Shown here: positions 16,755 to 25,222 of the stretch, in pieces
How positions within the stretch are numbered: position 1 is the stretch's first letter
Layout: every line of letters starts with the position of its first letter
Assembly (NCBI GenBank): GCA_018242765.1
Contig: JAFEBH010000025.1
Coordinates: 140,858 to 204,857, forward strand
Source of the DNA: Nitrospira sp.
Lineage (GTDB): Bacteria > Nitrospirota > Nitrospiria > Nitrospirales > Nitrospiraceae
Reading direction: 5' to 3'
Length of the DNA: 64,000 nt
Notes under the pieces: model-generated
Databases searched by the model: none
Seen by the model: the letters and a program-made list of their open reading frames with translations, nothing else
Told to the model about the DNA's origin: nothing
Program-made: the position numbers and the translations under genes

Positions 16755-17866
16755 GGCACCACCACCGGCGCCAAGGCACCGCGGCCTTCACGCCTGAGCG
16801 AAAAGCTCTGCTTGTATTCACCGCGCTTGATCCGATGCGTCACTTCCTGCACGTAATACATGCCGTCGTAGCTTTGCCCCACACCACGAACCCCAACCAA
16901 TCGACGTGAACGTAAGGCTCGCCCATAGCGCACGGCGTCCACTTCCCCTGTCGCCGTCACCGCATCCGACGACTGACTTGCCGAGGACAGACCCCGCAAC
17001 GCGGCCTGAATCGGATTGAGATTGGAGGTATTCCTGGGTAACGTCTTCCGCAACGAGCTGGCTGGTTGCCGAGCCAAGGGTGGATGCAGACCGCTGGGCA
17101 AGGGAATCGAGATGGACCGCTTGGTGAAGGGTTCGAGAATCGTGACTTGTGGCTCAGCCGGACCCAGCGCATCGAAGCTGAACGACATCGGTTGATCCAC
17201 ATTCGTATCGGCTCCCATATTCATGGTGAGTGCCGGTTGCGGCAATCCCAATCGGTTGTCGAGGCCCCAATAGGCGTCATTGATGCCAGGGCTTAGGGTC
17301 GGCTCGATGTAAAACACGAAGCCGTTTCGCTGAGCGAGTTCGCGGATGAAATCGAGATCGCTCCCCTGCTGCGAGGGAATCCGGTCGACCTGAATCGGCA
17401 CATCCGTCGTCGGCGTCACGCGAGGCAGCAGCCCCAACGTCGGATAGTTGCCGATCAACTTGTTGACGATGACCCAATCGGCCTGGTTGGGAAAGATTTC
17501 GCTCTTCTCCTCCAGACTGAGTTTCAAGCTGATATCCTTCCCAAACACGGTCAACGTGGACTCTCCAGGCCGATTGCTGGGAGCGATCTGATGATTGGTG
17601 ATGATGCCGTCGATCAATATTTGAGGGAACACCCCGACGAAGACTTGAATAATGACCCGGCTCGGCGGATCAAGCAGCCCGCTGAGCAAGAGTCCATAAT
17701 CGAGGATCGTCTCCTTCCCCAGACTGAACGACAGCTTGAACCCGTCGAAATCTTGATCACGATTCGTGACTTCCACATCAATCAGCGCCTCCATCACCGG
17801 ATAGGGCGCGGGGATGGCAATCGTGGGGCCGATCAATAATTGGAGACGGACGCCCAAGCTTGGCAT
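16751..17866 (-). CDS. gpD/gp27-like baseplate hub protein (Afp7 position)
   Basis: 371 aa. The C-terminal YDGMYYVQEVTHRIKRGEYKQSFSLRREG is typical of the phage late control D / VgrG N-terminal family. Confidence 0.75.
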   Translation of the reverse strand: MPSLGVRLQLLIGPTIAIPAPYPVMEALIDVEVTNRDQDFDGFKLSFSLGKETILDYGLLLSGLLDPPSRVIIQVFVGVFPQILIDGIITNHQIAPSNRPGESTLTVFGKDISLKLSLEEKSEIFPNQADWVIVNKLIGNYPTLGLLPRVTPTTDVPIQVDRIPSQQGSDLDFIRELAQRNGFVFYIEPTLSPGINDAYWGLDNRLGLPQPALTMNMGADTNVDQPMSFSFDALGPAEPQVTILEPFTKRSISIPLPSGLHPPLARQPASSLRKTLPRNTSNLNPIQAALRGLSSASQSSDAVTATGEVDAVRYGRALRSRRLVGVRGVGQSYDGMYYVQEVTHRIKRGEYKQSFSLRREGRGALAPVVVP

Positions 17867-17868
17867 AG

Positions 17869-18183
17869 CTAGATCGCCCCCGATTGGGGAAACGTAATCC
17901 GCAATCGACGACCAACCGTCCTCGTCAATTCGTCAGACCGCATGGCGTTATTCGCATCGCACAGGCGCCAGAATTGCTCGGGATCGCCGAGATACCGCGC
18001 CGTGATATTGTCGAGCCGCTCCCCTTGTGTCACGACATGTTCAGCCACAATCGGCGTATTGGGGCTGACGGCCGGCACAAATCGGCGGCGCAGGTAGGCG
18101 ATCTCCTTCCCTTCTGCCGGTTCGTACTTCGCGTTTTCGATACCGTGGTACCGACTGGTCGGAGGAAACATCGTGCACCTCAC
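17869..18183 (-). CDS. LysM/gpX-like small baseplate protein
   Basis: 104 aa. GERLDNITARYLGDPEQFWRLCDANN...LRITFP resembles the LysM-like tail protein X. The GTG start overlaps the upstream stop (GTGA). Confidence 0.6.
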   Translation of the reverse strand: MRCTMFPPTSRYHGIENAKYEPAEGKEIAYLRRRFVPAVSPNTPIVAEHVVTQGERLDNITARYLGDPEQFWRLCDANNAMRSDELTRTVGRRLRITFPQSGAI

Positions 18184-18836
18184 CCAAGCTTGATGGATGT
18201 CGCAAGATTCTGCGTACTCACGGCTACATTACTGGTCGCCATCACTTCCTTCGCGATCTGATGCACCATGAAGAGCGAGTACCCGGGGTTCGTCAGCTTC
18301 AAGTCGGCGTAGCTCAACACCGTCAGCGTCAAATCGACCTTCGCTCGAATTGGATTGAGCATCGGATCGTAGGCTTCTTCCGTGATACTGAAGCCAGTGA
18401 CCCGCACCGGCAGCACGCGCGTTGCGCCCCACACAAATAAGGTCAACGGAGCCTCCGGTGGAATGATTTCAATGTTGCCGGCTTGGGCCAGCGTTGAGTT
18501 GGCGATGACCGTTACGCTCTTCGGATACAGCAACATCTCCAGCGCCGACAGGGTCGGAGAGATCCCGGAGATCAGGGCCAGGGGATTGGCCTGCTCGAGT
18601 TGGTCGGTGGCATCTACTTCAATATTGAGTGTGATCGTCTCCTTAGGCGGACCCGTCAGCCGAAACGCTTCCGATCGGTCGCTCGTGTCGCCACCACCCG
18701 TTGACCGTGCCTCCAGTCGGCGTGTCATGGTATCCGGGTTGTATTGAAACACCACCACGCTGGCGAGCGGATTCATGGCATCCACGCCAACAATCGCGCC
18801 TTTGACTAATCGAGGAGAACCGGGGAAGGAACTCAT
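18180..18836 (-). CDS. Second tube-like protein (Afp5-type inner tube/tube initiator)
   Basis: ORF extends to 18884, but the likely start is MSSFPGSPRL at 18836. VVFQYNPDTMTRRLE...ITLNIEVDATD is the CIS tube-protein N-terminal motif. Confidence 0.7.
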   Translation of the reverse strand: MSSFPGSPRLVKGAIVGVDAMNPLASVVVFQYNPDTMTRRLEARSTGGGDTSDRSEAFRLTGPPKETITLNIEVDATDQLEQANPLALISGISPTLSALEMLLYPKSVTVIANSTLAQAGNIEIIPPEAPLTLFVWGATRVLPVRVTGFSITEEAYDPMLNPIRAKVDLTLTVLSYADLKLTNPGYSLFMVHQIAKEVMATSNVAVSTQNLATSIKLG

Positions 18837-18893
18837 AACTTTAGTCCTAATTGAATCAGAGCAGCACTCTATCCAAGACAGCAAAAACCGAAC

Positions 18894-20234
18894 TCATGGT
18901 GCGACGGGCACCCTAGCTGCCCGCTCAGCGATAAGTTGGTCAATCGTAAGCCGTCGCCCATCGCTTGTTCGCACAAATACCTCGCCACCGCGCCTTTCCT
19001 GTCCAGCACGGAGAAAAATATGAAACACTCGGTAGCCTTCTTGGCTCCTGAACGCGAACACATTTGTGCCATTGGGTCTAGTCTCTTCGAAATTGAATCG
19101 GATGGTCGGATCACCAATGACATTTCGGAGAAGCTCAGCTTCCACATCGAGACCAGCTCGATGTGCTCGATCAAACTCAGCCTGGCTGAAGTTCGTGCCA
19201 ATCCGTCGATCGTAGTTGGGCACCCTAAAACGCTCTGCCAGTAGATGGAGAAGGTTCAGCTGAAAGCTGATATCGTCAGATGAGAGTAAGTCGTCAAGGT
19301 CTAAGTAACCAGAGTCGAAGTTATCAATCAAAAGAGGCACGAATCTCCCACCATCCTGAACACGACCCGCACTTGTAATGAGCCGCAGGGGAACCACTTC
19401 TCCTCGATCTATGAAACCACGCAGATGGCAGTCAAAGGTCGTGAGCGCTGTCTCATCAACTACATCGTAGACAATCCGTCTCCCATCGAGCCGATACTGG
19501 ATGCCTGTAGAAATCGCATTGAGTCGGTCGACCAATTCCTGACGTCGATCGAAGGCAGAGGCTTCTCCTCTGCCTGGTGGTCTCACTTCAACTGTGCGCT
19601 GGATAGTCGGTGCGCCTGTTGCCTGCTGCACCACATGCGTCAACTCATGAGCAATTAACCGCTGTCCCTCGTTTGTCCCTGGAGCGAACCGCCCTGCACC
19701 AAACACAATGTTATGTCCGACGGCGTACGCACTAGCGTTTACGTCACGAGCTGATTGTGCAGCGGCTGCACCGGAATGCACCCGCACCTGGGAGAAGTCA
19801 TATCCAAAACGCTGCCCCATATCTTGCTGTAGAGCCGGTTTCAGCAACTGGCCTGTTGAGTTCAAAACTTCATGCACACTCGGCGGCACATCCCCTACCC
19901 CAATTACACCAGCGGTTGCTCGTCGTTGCACCAAGGGCTGAGTCCTGCCTCCGTTCTGTTGCCTAGTCACATCCGCAGGCGACATCCACATGACTTGCTC
20001 AGCTACACGATCGGCTTCTTGCTCAAACACATCGCCTGGCTCACTGATCGCCAGCTTGGTTTGCAGCAGCTTCCCGCCAACACCCAGTTTCTTCTTCTGA
20101 CATTCCGCACACTGCCCTCCACCCATGGTGTGTGTCCCGCAGACACATTTGCGTTGCAAAACACCGCGTGAGACTGGCGTGAAGGGCATGAAACTATTGC
20201 GCCTTGTCTGGTTGTGCGTTTTCTCACTCAACAT
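18894..20234 (-). CDS. DUF4157-led eCIS cargo protein 2 with an unassigned C-terminal domain
   Basis: 446 aa. N-terminal module: LQRKCVCGTHT..CAECQKKK..LAISEPGDVFEQEADRVAEQVM...FGYDFSQVRVHSG...AYAVGHNIVFG...HELTHVVQQ. About 235 aa follow with no motif I recognise. Confidence 0.8.
   Translation of the reverse strand: MLSEKTHNQTRRNSFMPFTPVSRGVLQRKCVCGTHTMGGGQCAECQKKKLGVGGKLLQTKLAISEPGDVFEQEADRVAEQVMWMSPADVTRQQNGGRTQPLVQRRATAGVIGVGDVPPSVHEVLNSTGQLLKPALQQDMGQRFGYDFSQVRVHSGAAAAQSARDVNASAYAVGHNIVFGAGRFAPGTNEGQRLIAHELTHVVQQATGAPTIQRTVEVRPPGRGEASAFDRRQELVDRLNAISTGIQYRLDGRRIVYDVVDETALTTFDCHLRGFIDRGEVVPLRLITSAGRVQDGGRFVPLLIDNFDSGYLDLDDLLSSDDISFQLNLLHLLAERFRVPNYDRRIGTNFSQAEFDRAHRAGLDVEAELLRNVIGDPTIRFNFEETRPNGTNVFAFRSQEGYRVFHIFLRAGQERRGGEVFVRTSDGRRLTIDQLIAERAARVPVAP
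19599..20162 (-). repeat. DUF4157 leader module, copy B (paralogous to 22135-22704)
   Basis: The protein blocks are near-identical between the two cargo genes. Nucleotide similarity is visible, for example ccacccatggtgtgtgtcccgcagacaca versus ccacccatggtgtgcgtgccacaggcaca. Confidence 0.7.
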
Positions 20235-20362
20235 TTCTATTCACTCAGCCCTATTGATCTCTCATGAAACCGTGACTCCTCTGCCACCACTCGGCAGAAC
20301 CTCTTGACTCTGGGAAGGTAGGCTGTCCCCTTTTCAATTCGTTCTGCTGACATCTAACCGCC

Positions 20363-20728
20363 TTAAGCCTGGTTTACAGTAGTTAACCACTTCTCAAAGT
20401 CCTGCAATGTCATAAGAACTTCTGGCTTCAGCCGGTAGTCGTCGTTGTCAAAATCGACAAAGCACTCTGCTGGCAAACCTGCGTATGCAGGACCACTTTG
20501 TGCTGCATAAGCTCTGAAACGCACACCGGTGTCTTGGTCGAGGATTGCATATGAGTAGTAGACATCACCTGCCGAGTCTGATGCGCCAAAACGTGCCATG
20601 AGCAGTGTGCCGAAAGCCTGCACATCAAACGCCTCATCGTCCGTTAGTGTCGGATTTGTCTCATATCGACTAGCGAGTTTGGCACCGCGCACCTCTTTTG
20701 CACCAAGCCGGACATAGCGCGATCGCAT
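20363..20728 (-). CDS. Small protein translationally coupled to cargo protein 1; candidate immunity/accessory protein
   Basis: 121 aa. Its ATG shares one nucleotide with the upstream TAA (TAATG at 20726-20730). No recognisable family. Confidence 0.6.
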   Translation of the reverse strand: MRSRYVRLGAKEVRGAKLASRYETNPTLTDDEAFDVQAFGTLLMARFGASDSAGDVYYSYAILDQDTGVRFRAYAAQSGPAYAGLPAECFVDFDNDDYRLKPEVLMTLQDFEKWLTTVNQA

Positions 20729-22803
20729 TAGTCACCCTCCGGTCGCTCTTCAGTGCTTCCAGTGGCTACAAAACGTCCAAGTGCTGGAATCAGCATCAGC
20801 AGTGCTGCGGACCCCGCACCCAGCAAGGCTTCATCACCAGGCACTGGATCGAACACCGCAATCAAAGCGAGAATTCCCAGAATGATTGCGCCCACCACCA
20901 ACAACGCAATTGCGATTGCCGCAAGTGCACGCACCAGGATTTCCCCGATTGTTAGCAACACTTCACCAATGAAACCTAGGGCTTGACCAATTGCTTCTAC
21001 CATCCGTGTCAACGTCGCGCTGAGTTCAGCTAGAATTGCAGTAGCAACACGTGCAGCAACCACTGTAACCACTACTGGAATCAGTCGCTGAGTTTGCTCA
21101 CGCAACAGCCGTCGAATCCTGTCAAGCAGATCAGACAATGCCACTGCAGGCACACCAACGCATAGCGCGACCAGCGCGTTCCGCACTAATTCAGTCAATA
21201 CGCTGCGCAGTTGGTTACGTAACTCAGAAATTAAGGTGTCTGAGACTAGCCTCACCAGGGTTGTTACGATTGAACGCACCTCTGCCCCAACGGCCTGGTC
21301 GAGCAGTTGTGCGATCTGCTCAGCGGTAGCTCGGCTCAACACCTGGTCGGCAACCGGCCCAAGATACGGTCGCAACATTTGTCGGATCTGTGTACCAAAG
21401 TGACGCTCGGCTAACCGAATCAAATCACCAAGACTCTGTCGTCGTAGTGTTGCCTCAAGTGGCCTCTGTATGTGATCACGAATGAATCCATCCAACACCT
21501 CCTGCGCCGGACCGCCAACCACGCGGTCAACATATCTTGCAGTCTCCTCTGCAGACACACCACAAGTGTAGGTATCTGAACCACCGCCAGTACACCAATA
21601 CCCAATAGCACCTGGTGCAACCGTCTTTGCTTTCAATGTACGTGTGCGGTCTCCAATAAAATCGCCGATTACGGTGGTATTAGGTAACACCCCGGTCAGC
21701 CTGGTAAATGATGGTCGCAGAGGGCCACGCAGGTAACCTCTCTGAAAATCGCGGTCATCATCGCTTGCTGTCCCACAGATACCGGTACCATACAACCGGT
21801 CTACCGACTGATCGGCACGACGAATATAGTGTTCCGATTCAAGTACACCTCGTGTCGGTGCTGAGCCTATTGGCTTGATCTCTCCAATTTCGTAGAGGAT
21901 CCCGGATCGACGCATTAAATCGGCATAACCTAAACTGGTATCAACACCCTGGCAACCTTGACTGTCAATGTTCCGCTTTGTCGCACGTGGAATCGGCACC
22001 TCGTTCAACATAGGTAGCAAGAAGGTCTGGATCTGGGTATGTGCTCGCTCCCCGGCACCCATAGGTCCATTGTCGTTCTCATCCTCCTCTGTCATTGAAG
22101 TCGCGCACCCACCTGCCCCGCGTGTAGTTGCTCGCTGCACTGAGTAGCTTGCATCTACACCCGACTGTTGAACGACATGAGTCAACTCATGTGCAAGCAA
22201 GCGTCGGCCCATGTTTGTTTCAGTCGAAAATTGACCTGTACCAAATACGATATTGTGACCCACCGTGTAGGCATGGGCGTTCACATGCCGCACCGATTGC
22301 TCGACAGTCCCACCGGAATGCACTCTCACATGACTAAAATCCTGACCAAATCTTGGCTCGAAGAAGGCACGTGTAGCTCCATCAAGTGGCTGCCCTGGTG
22401 ATTTCAAAACATCACTCACACTCGACGGAGCTTCTGCCAATCCTGTTGCACCGCCGACTGCTCGCCGTTGAACCAACGGCTGTGTCATTCCGCTCTTTTG
22501 CCGTTTACTCACATCCGCCGGCGACATGCGCATCACTTGCTCAGCGACACGATCTGCTTCCTGCTCATACACATCGCCAGGTTCACTGATCGCCAGTTTG
22601 GTTTGCAGTGGCCTACCCTCGACACCCAGTTTTTTCTTTTGACACTCCGCACACTGTTCTCCACCCATGGTGTGCGTGCCACAGGCACACTGGCGTTGAA
22701 GAAGACCAGTACAGCCTGACCGAGGAGCCTGATTCCTTCCAGCTTCAGCTTGTACGGCAGTCCGTTCCATTCCCACTCTTCCCTCAGTCTCGCGGCCCCT
22801 CAC
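20728..22803 (-). CDS. DUF4157-led eCIS cargo protein 1, multidomain with a hydrophobic C-terminus
   Basis: 691 aa. It has the same leader module as cargo 2, including HELTHVVQQ. The middle domain carries GERAHTQIQ...LGYADLMRRSGILYEIGEIKP. The C-terminal ~150 aa are very hydrophobic (ALVALCVGVPAVAL; LAAIAIALLVVGAIILGILALIAVF; LLGAGSAALLMLIPALG). Confidence 0.8.
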   Translation of the reverse strand: MRGRETEGRVGMERTAVQAEAGRNQAPRSGCTGLLQRQCACGTHTMGGEQCAECQKKKLGVEGRPLQTKLAISEPGDVYEQEADRVAEQVMRMSPADVSKRQKSGMTQPLVQRRAVGGATGLAEAPSSVSDVLKSPGQPLDGATRAFFEPRFGQDFSHVRVHSGGTVEQSVRHVNAHAYTVGHNIVFGTGQFSTETNMGRRLLAHELTHVVQQSGVDASYSVQRATTRGAGGCATSMTEEDENDNGPMGAGERAHTQIQTFLLPMLNEVPIPRATKRNIDSQGCQGVDTSLGYADLMRRSGILYEIGEIKPIGSAPTRGVLESEHYIRRADQSVDRLYGTGICGTASDDDRDFQRGYLRGPLRPSFTRLTGVLPNTTVIGDFIGDRTRTLKAKTVAPGAIGYWCTGGGSDTYTCGVSAEETARYVDRVVGGPAQEVLDGFIRDHIQRPLEATLRRQSLGDLIRLAERHFGTQIRQMLRPYLGPVADQVLSRATAEQIAQLLDQAVGAEVRSIVTTLVRLVSDTLISELRNQLRSVLTELVRNALVALCVGVPAVALSDLLDRIRRLLREQTQRLIPVVVTVVAARVATAILAELSATLTRMVEAIGQALGFIGEVLLTIGEILVRALAAIAIALLVVGAIILGILALIAVFDPVPGDEALLGAGSAALLMLIPALGRFVATGSTEERPEGD
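22135..22704 (-). repeat. DUF4157 leader module, copy A
   Basis: See the 19599-20162 entry. Confidence 0.7.
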
Positions 22804-22829
22804 TTACTCACTTTGCCTACAACTTCCTC

Positions 22830-23108
22830 TTACTGTTTCTTCGCTGAGTGACTGGTCCCAATTCCCTGATACACCGCTTGAGCAATCTGCCGTCCAAGCT
22901 GGACGGGGCTTGCACCCTCTGACATATTCATCACTGTGTGCGGCACAGAAGCACGGGCGCCTCCGGCCATGGTGTCCGGTCCAACGCCATTCACTTCAAT
23001 CAAGCGTGCCAATTCCTGCTCGACGGCCCCCTGCACGAGTGCCCGTTGGCTCCCTCGGAGAGGTAGGTCGTCCAGGATTAATCGCTCGATGTGCAATCGG
23101 ACGTTCAT
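22830..23108 (-). CDS. Small conserved-looking hypothetical protein between the ATPase and the cargo genes
   Basis: 92 aa (MNVRLHIERLILDDLPLRGSQ...). 4-nt overlap with the ATPase stop. Confidence 0.55.
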   Translation of the reverse strand: MNVRLHIERLILDDLPLRGSQRALVQGAVEQELARLIEVNGVGPDTMAGGARASVPHTVMNMSEGASPVQLGRQIAQAVYQGIGTSHSAKKQ

Positions 23109-25222
23109 GCCACCACTTCCGTTTCCTCATCCCATTGGAAATCGGCTTCGTAAATGGGTCGCTCCAGTTTGCGAAACTCCGCCCGAGCCGCCTCAAAGAT
23201 GAGCGGCATGGTCACGGGTGTACCGGCACCCGCTGCGAGAAACGCGGCGTTCATCGCAACATTGTTGATATTGCCACCATTCAGGTTGAGCTGTGCCAAC
23301 CGATCGAAGTCCAGTTGGGCCGTTTCTGTTTCTCGTGGAAAGACCCGTTCCCAGATGGCCTTTCGCTCTTGGATGCCGTGGGCACGGAACTCCACGACGA
23401 ACCGAATGCGGCGCATGAAGGCCTGGTCCAACGCACTTTTCCGATTTGTTGCCAGGATGGCCAACCCCCGATAGGCTTCGATACGCTGTAAGAGATAATT
23501 GATCTCGATGTTGGCATAGCGGTCGTGGCTGTCTTTCACGTCGCTCCGTTTGCCGAACAACGCGTCGGCCTCATCGAAAAAGAGGATCGCGCCGCCGTCC
23601 TCGGCGGCGTCGAACAACCGCCGGAGGTTTTTTTCCGTTTCTCCGATGTACTTACTGACCACCGCCGACAGGTCGATCCGAAAGAGACTCAATCGCAAGT
23701 CGTTCGCCAGCACTTCGGCTGCCATCGTCTTGCCGGTACCGCTCTCGCCGGCAAAGAGGGCATTGATGCTCAATCCGCGAGAGCGCTTCGCCGCAAAGCC
23801 CCAGTCGCTATAGACCCTGGTACGGTTCGCCACCTGTGCAGCCAGTTCATGTAGGAGCTTGAGCTCCGGTTCAGGCAACACAATGTCTTCCCAAGTCGCC
23901 TTTGGTTCGATCCGCTGCGCCAACAGCTCCAAACGTGGGCGGGTGTCCACAACACAAGCCTCCCAGAGCTGCTGGGGAATGGACTGTTGTCCGATGGCAG
24001 GAGATGACAGCGTCGTGCGCGCGATCTGATGGATCGTCGTGAGATTCAAATTAAACTGGCCGGCAAGTCTCGCCGCTGTACCGTTCTGCTGAGCCCCCAA
24101 AAGAGAATCCCACGCCTGATGTTGTTCGGATTTCGTCGGCTTCCTGATATCGAATGCGACTGAGGCACGGCCCGTTTCCATCCGACGATCCTGCGTATCA
24201 AGGAAAAAGATGCCGCTGCTCCGAGCTAAGAAGCGATGCAGCGCGGACGCATGGGTATCGCCTGTGGCCGTTTTCTCCATCTCATGGGCGTCCAGGTACA
24301 AGGCAAATGGCCAGAGAACCCCTTCACGCATGAGCAACCGCGTCAGCTGTTCCAGTTCGGCTGGTGGCGATGGGAGCAACTCGATTGGGAACCGATAGAG
24401 AGACAAGCGCAGTGCCGCTGCCGCATGACTCGCGACCAGTTGCTTGCTCGATGAATCGACACCCAGCAATTGCATGACCGGAACTGCCTGCAGCGACCAG
24501 GCCTCTCCTACCTGGCGAATCATGCTGTCCACTGTTGACCGTTGCGACGGTGGGAGATCTAGACCTCGATCTTCATACCGGAGTGGCAGTAGCAATGGCA
24601 CGAGTCGATCATCCAGATAGTTGAGCCCTTTGATGTAATTCACAATGCGCTCGTCGGCCCGCAGGGCGCTCGTCGTCAGCGGCTGTGCACCAGGTTGGTT
24701 GATTTCGAGCAGCCGCCAATATCTCAAGGGCCTCTCAGGCGACAGCACATCCCAGGCCGGCTCAGCAAACAGCGCCAACGCGAGCGCAAAGGTGGGATAG
24801 CGGCGCGCCGGATCATCCTGAGCCTGCGCACAGAGCAACGCCATTCTGGTATCAAACTCCATCGCCGCACAGAGGAGAAGCACTTCACTCTCAAACCTCG
24901 ACAAGCCCAAGTTACGGCGCAGCACAATCAACGCCGGTGGCTGGTCTACTGTTTCAAATGCCGCTAGTTCCTCAGCAGCTCGCGCCAGTTGCTTCTCACT
25001 GACACTGTTAGTTCCAACGGCAGGTTGAGCCTGTTTCGCGTCACGTCCTGATGAACGTCGAACACCTTTGTGCGGAGCCGAGCGAGGTTCTGGCTGTACC
25101 CGTGACGCTGCACCAGCTGACTGCTCGATAAACCAGGCCAGGCGGAACCGTAGCCATGCTAGTGCTTTCCTCAAATACTCATCATTCTGTTGCTGCCACG
25201 ATCTTGACTTCGAGGCTTTCAT
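23105..25222 (-). CDS. eCIS AAA+ ATPase (Afp15-like)
   Basis: Walker A is GESGTGKTMAAE and Walker B is ILFFDEADALFGKR, within a single C-terminal AAA module after an N-terminal region of about 450 aa. The likely start is the ATG at 25222, which overlaps the cap-gene stop (ATGA). The track ORF extends to 25273. Confidence 0.9.
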   Translation of the reverse strand: MKASKSRSWQQQNDEYLRKALAWLRFRLAWFIEQSAGAASRVQPEPRSAPHKGVRRSSGRDAKQAQPAVGTNSVSEKQLARAAEELAAFETVDQPPALIVLRRNLGLSRFESEVLLLCAAMEFDTRMALLCAQAQDDPARRYPTFALALALFAEPAWDVLSPERPLRYWRLLEINQPGAQPLTTSALRADERIVNYIKGLNYLDDRLVPLLLPLRYEDRGLDLPPSQRSTVDSMIRQVGEAWSLQAVPVMQLLGVDSSSKQLVASHAAAALRLSLYRFPIELLPSPPAELEQLTRLLMREGVLWPFALYLDAHEMEKTATGDTHASALHRFLARSSGIFFLDTQDRRMETGRASVAFDIRKPTKSEQHQAWDSLLGAQQNGTAARLAGQFNLNLTTIHQIARTTLSSPAIGQQSIPQQLWEACVVDTRPRLELLAQRIEPKATWEDIVLPEPELKLLHELAAQVANRTRVYSDWGFAAKRSRGLSINALFAGESGTGKTMAAEVLANDLRLSLFRIDLSAVVSKYIGETEKNLRRLFDAAEDGGAILFFDEADALFGKRSDVKDSHDRYANIEINYLLQRIEAYRGLAILATNRKSALDQAFMRRIRFVVEFRAHGIQERKAIWERVFPRETETAQLDFDRLAQLNLNGGNINNVAMNAAFLAAGAGTPVTMPLIFEAARAEFRKLERPIYEADFQWDEETEVVA

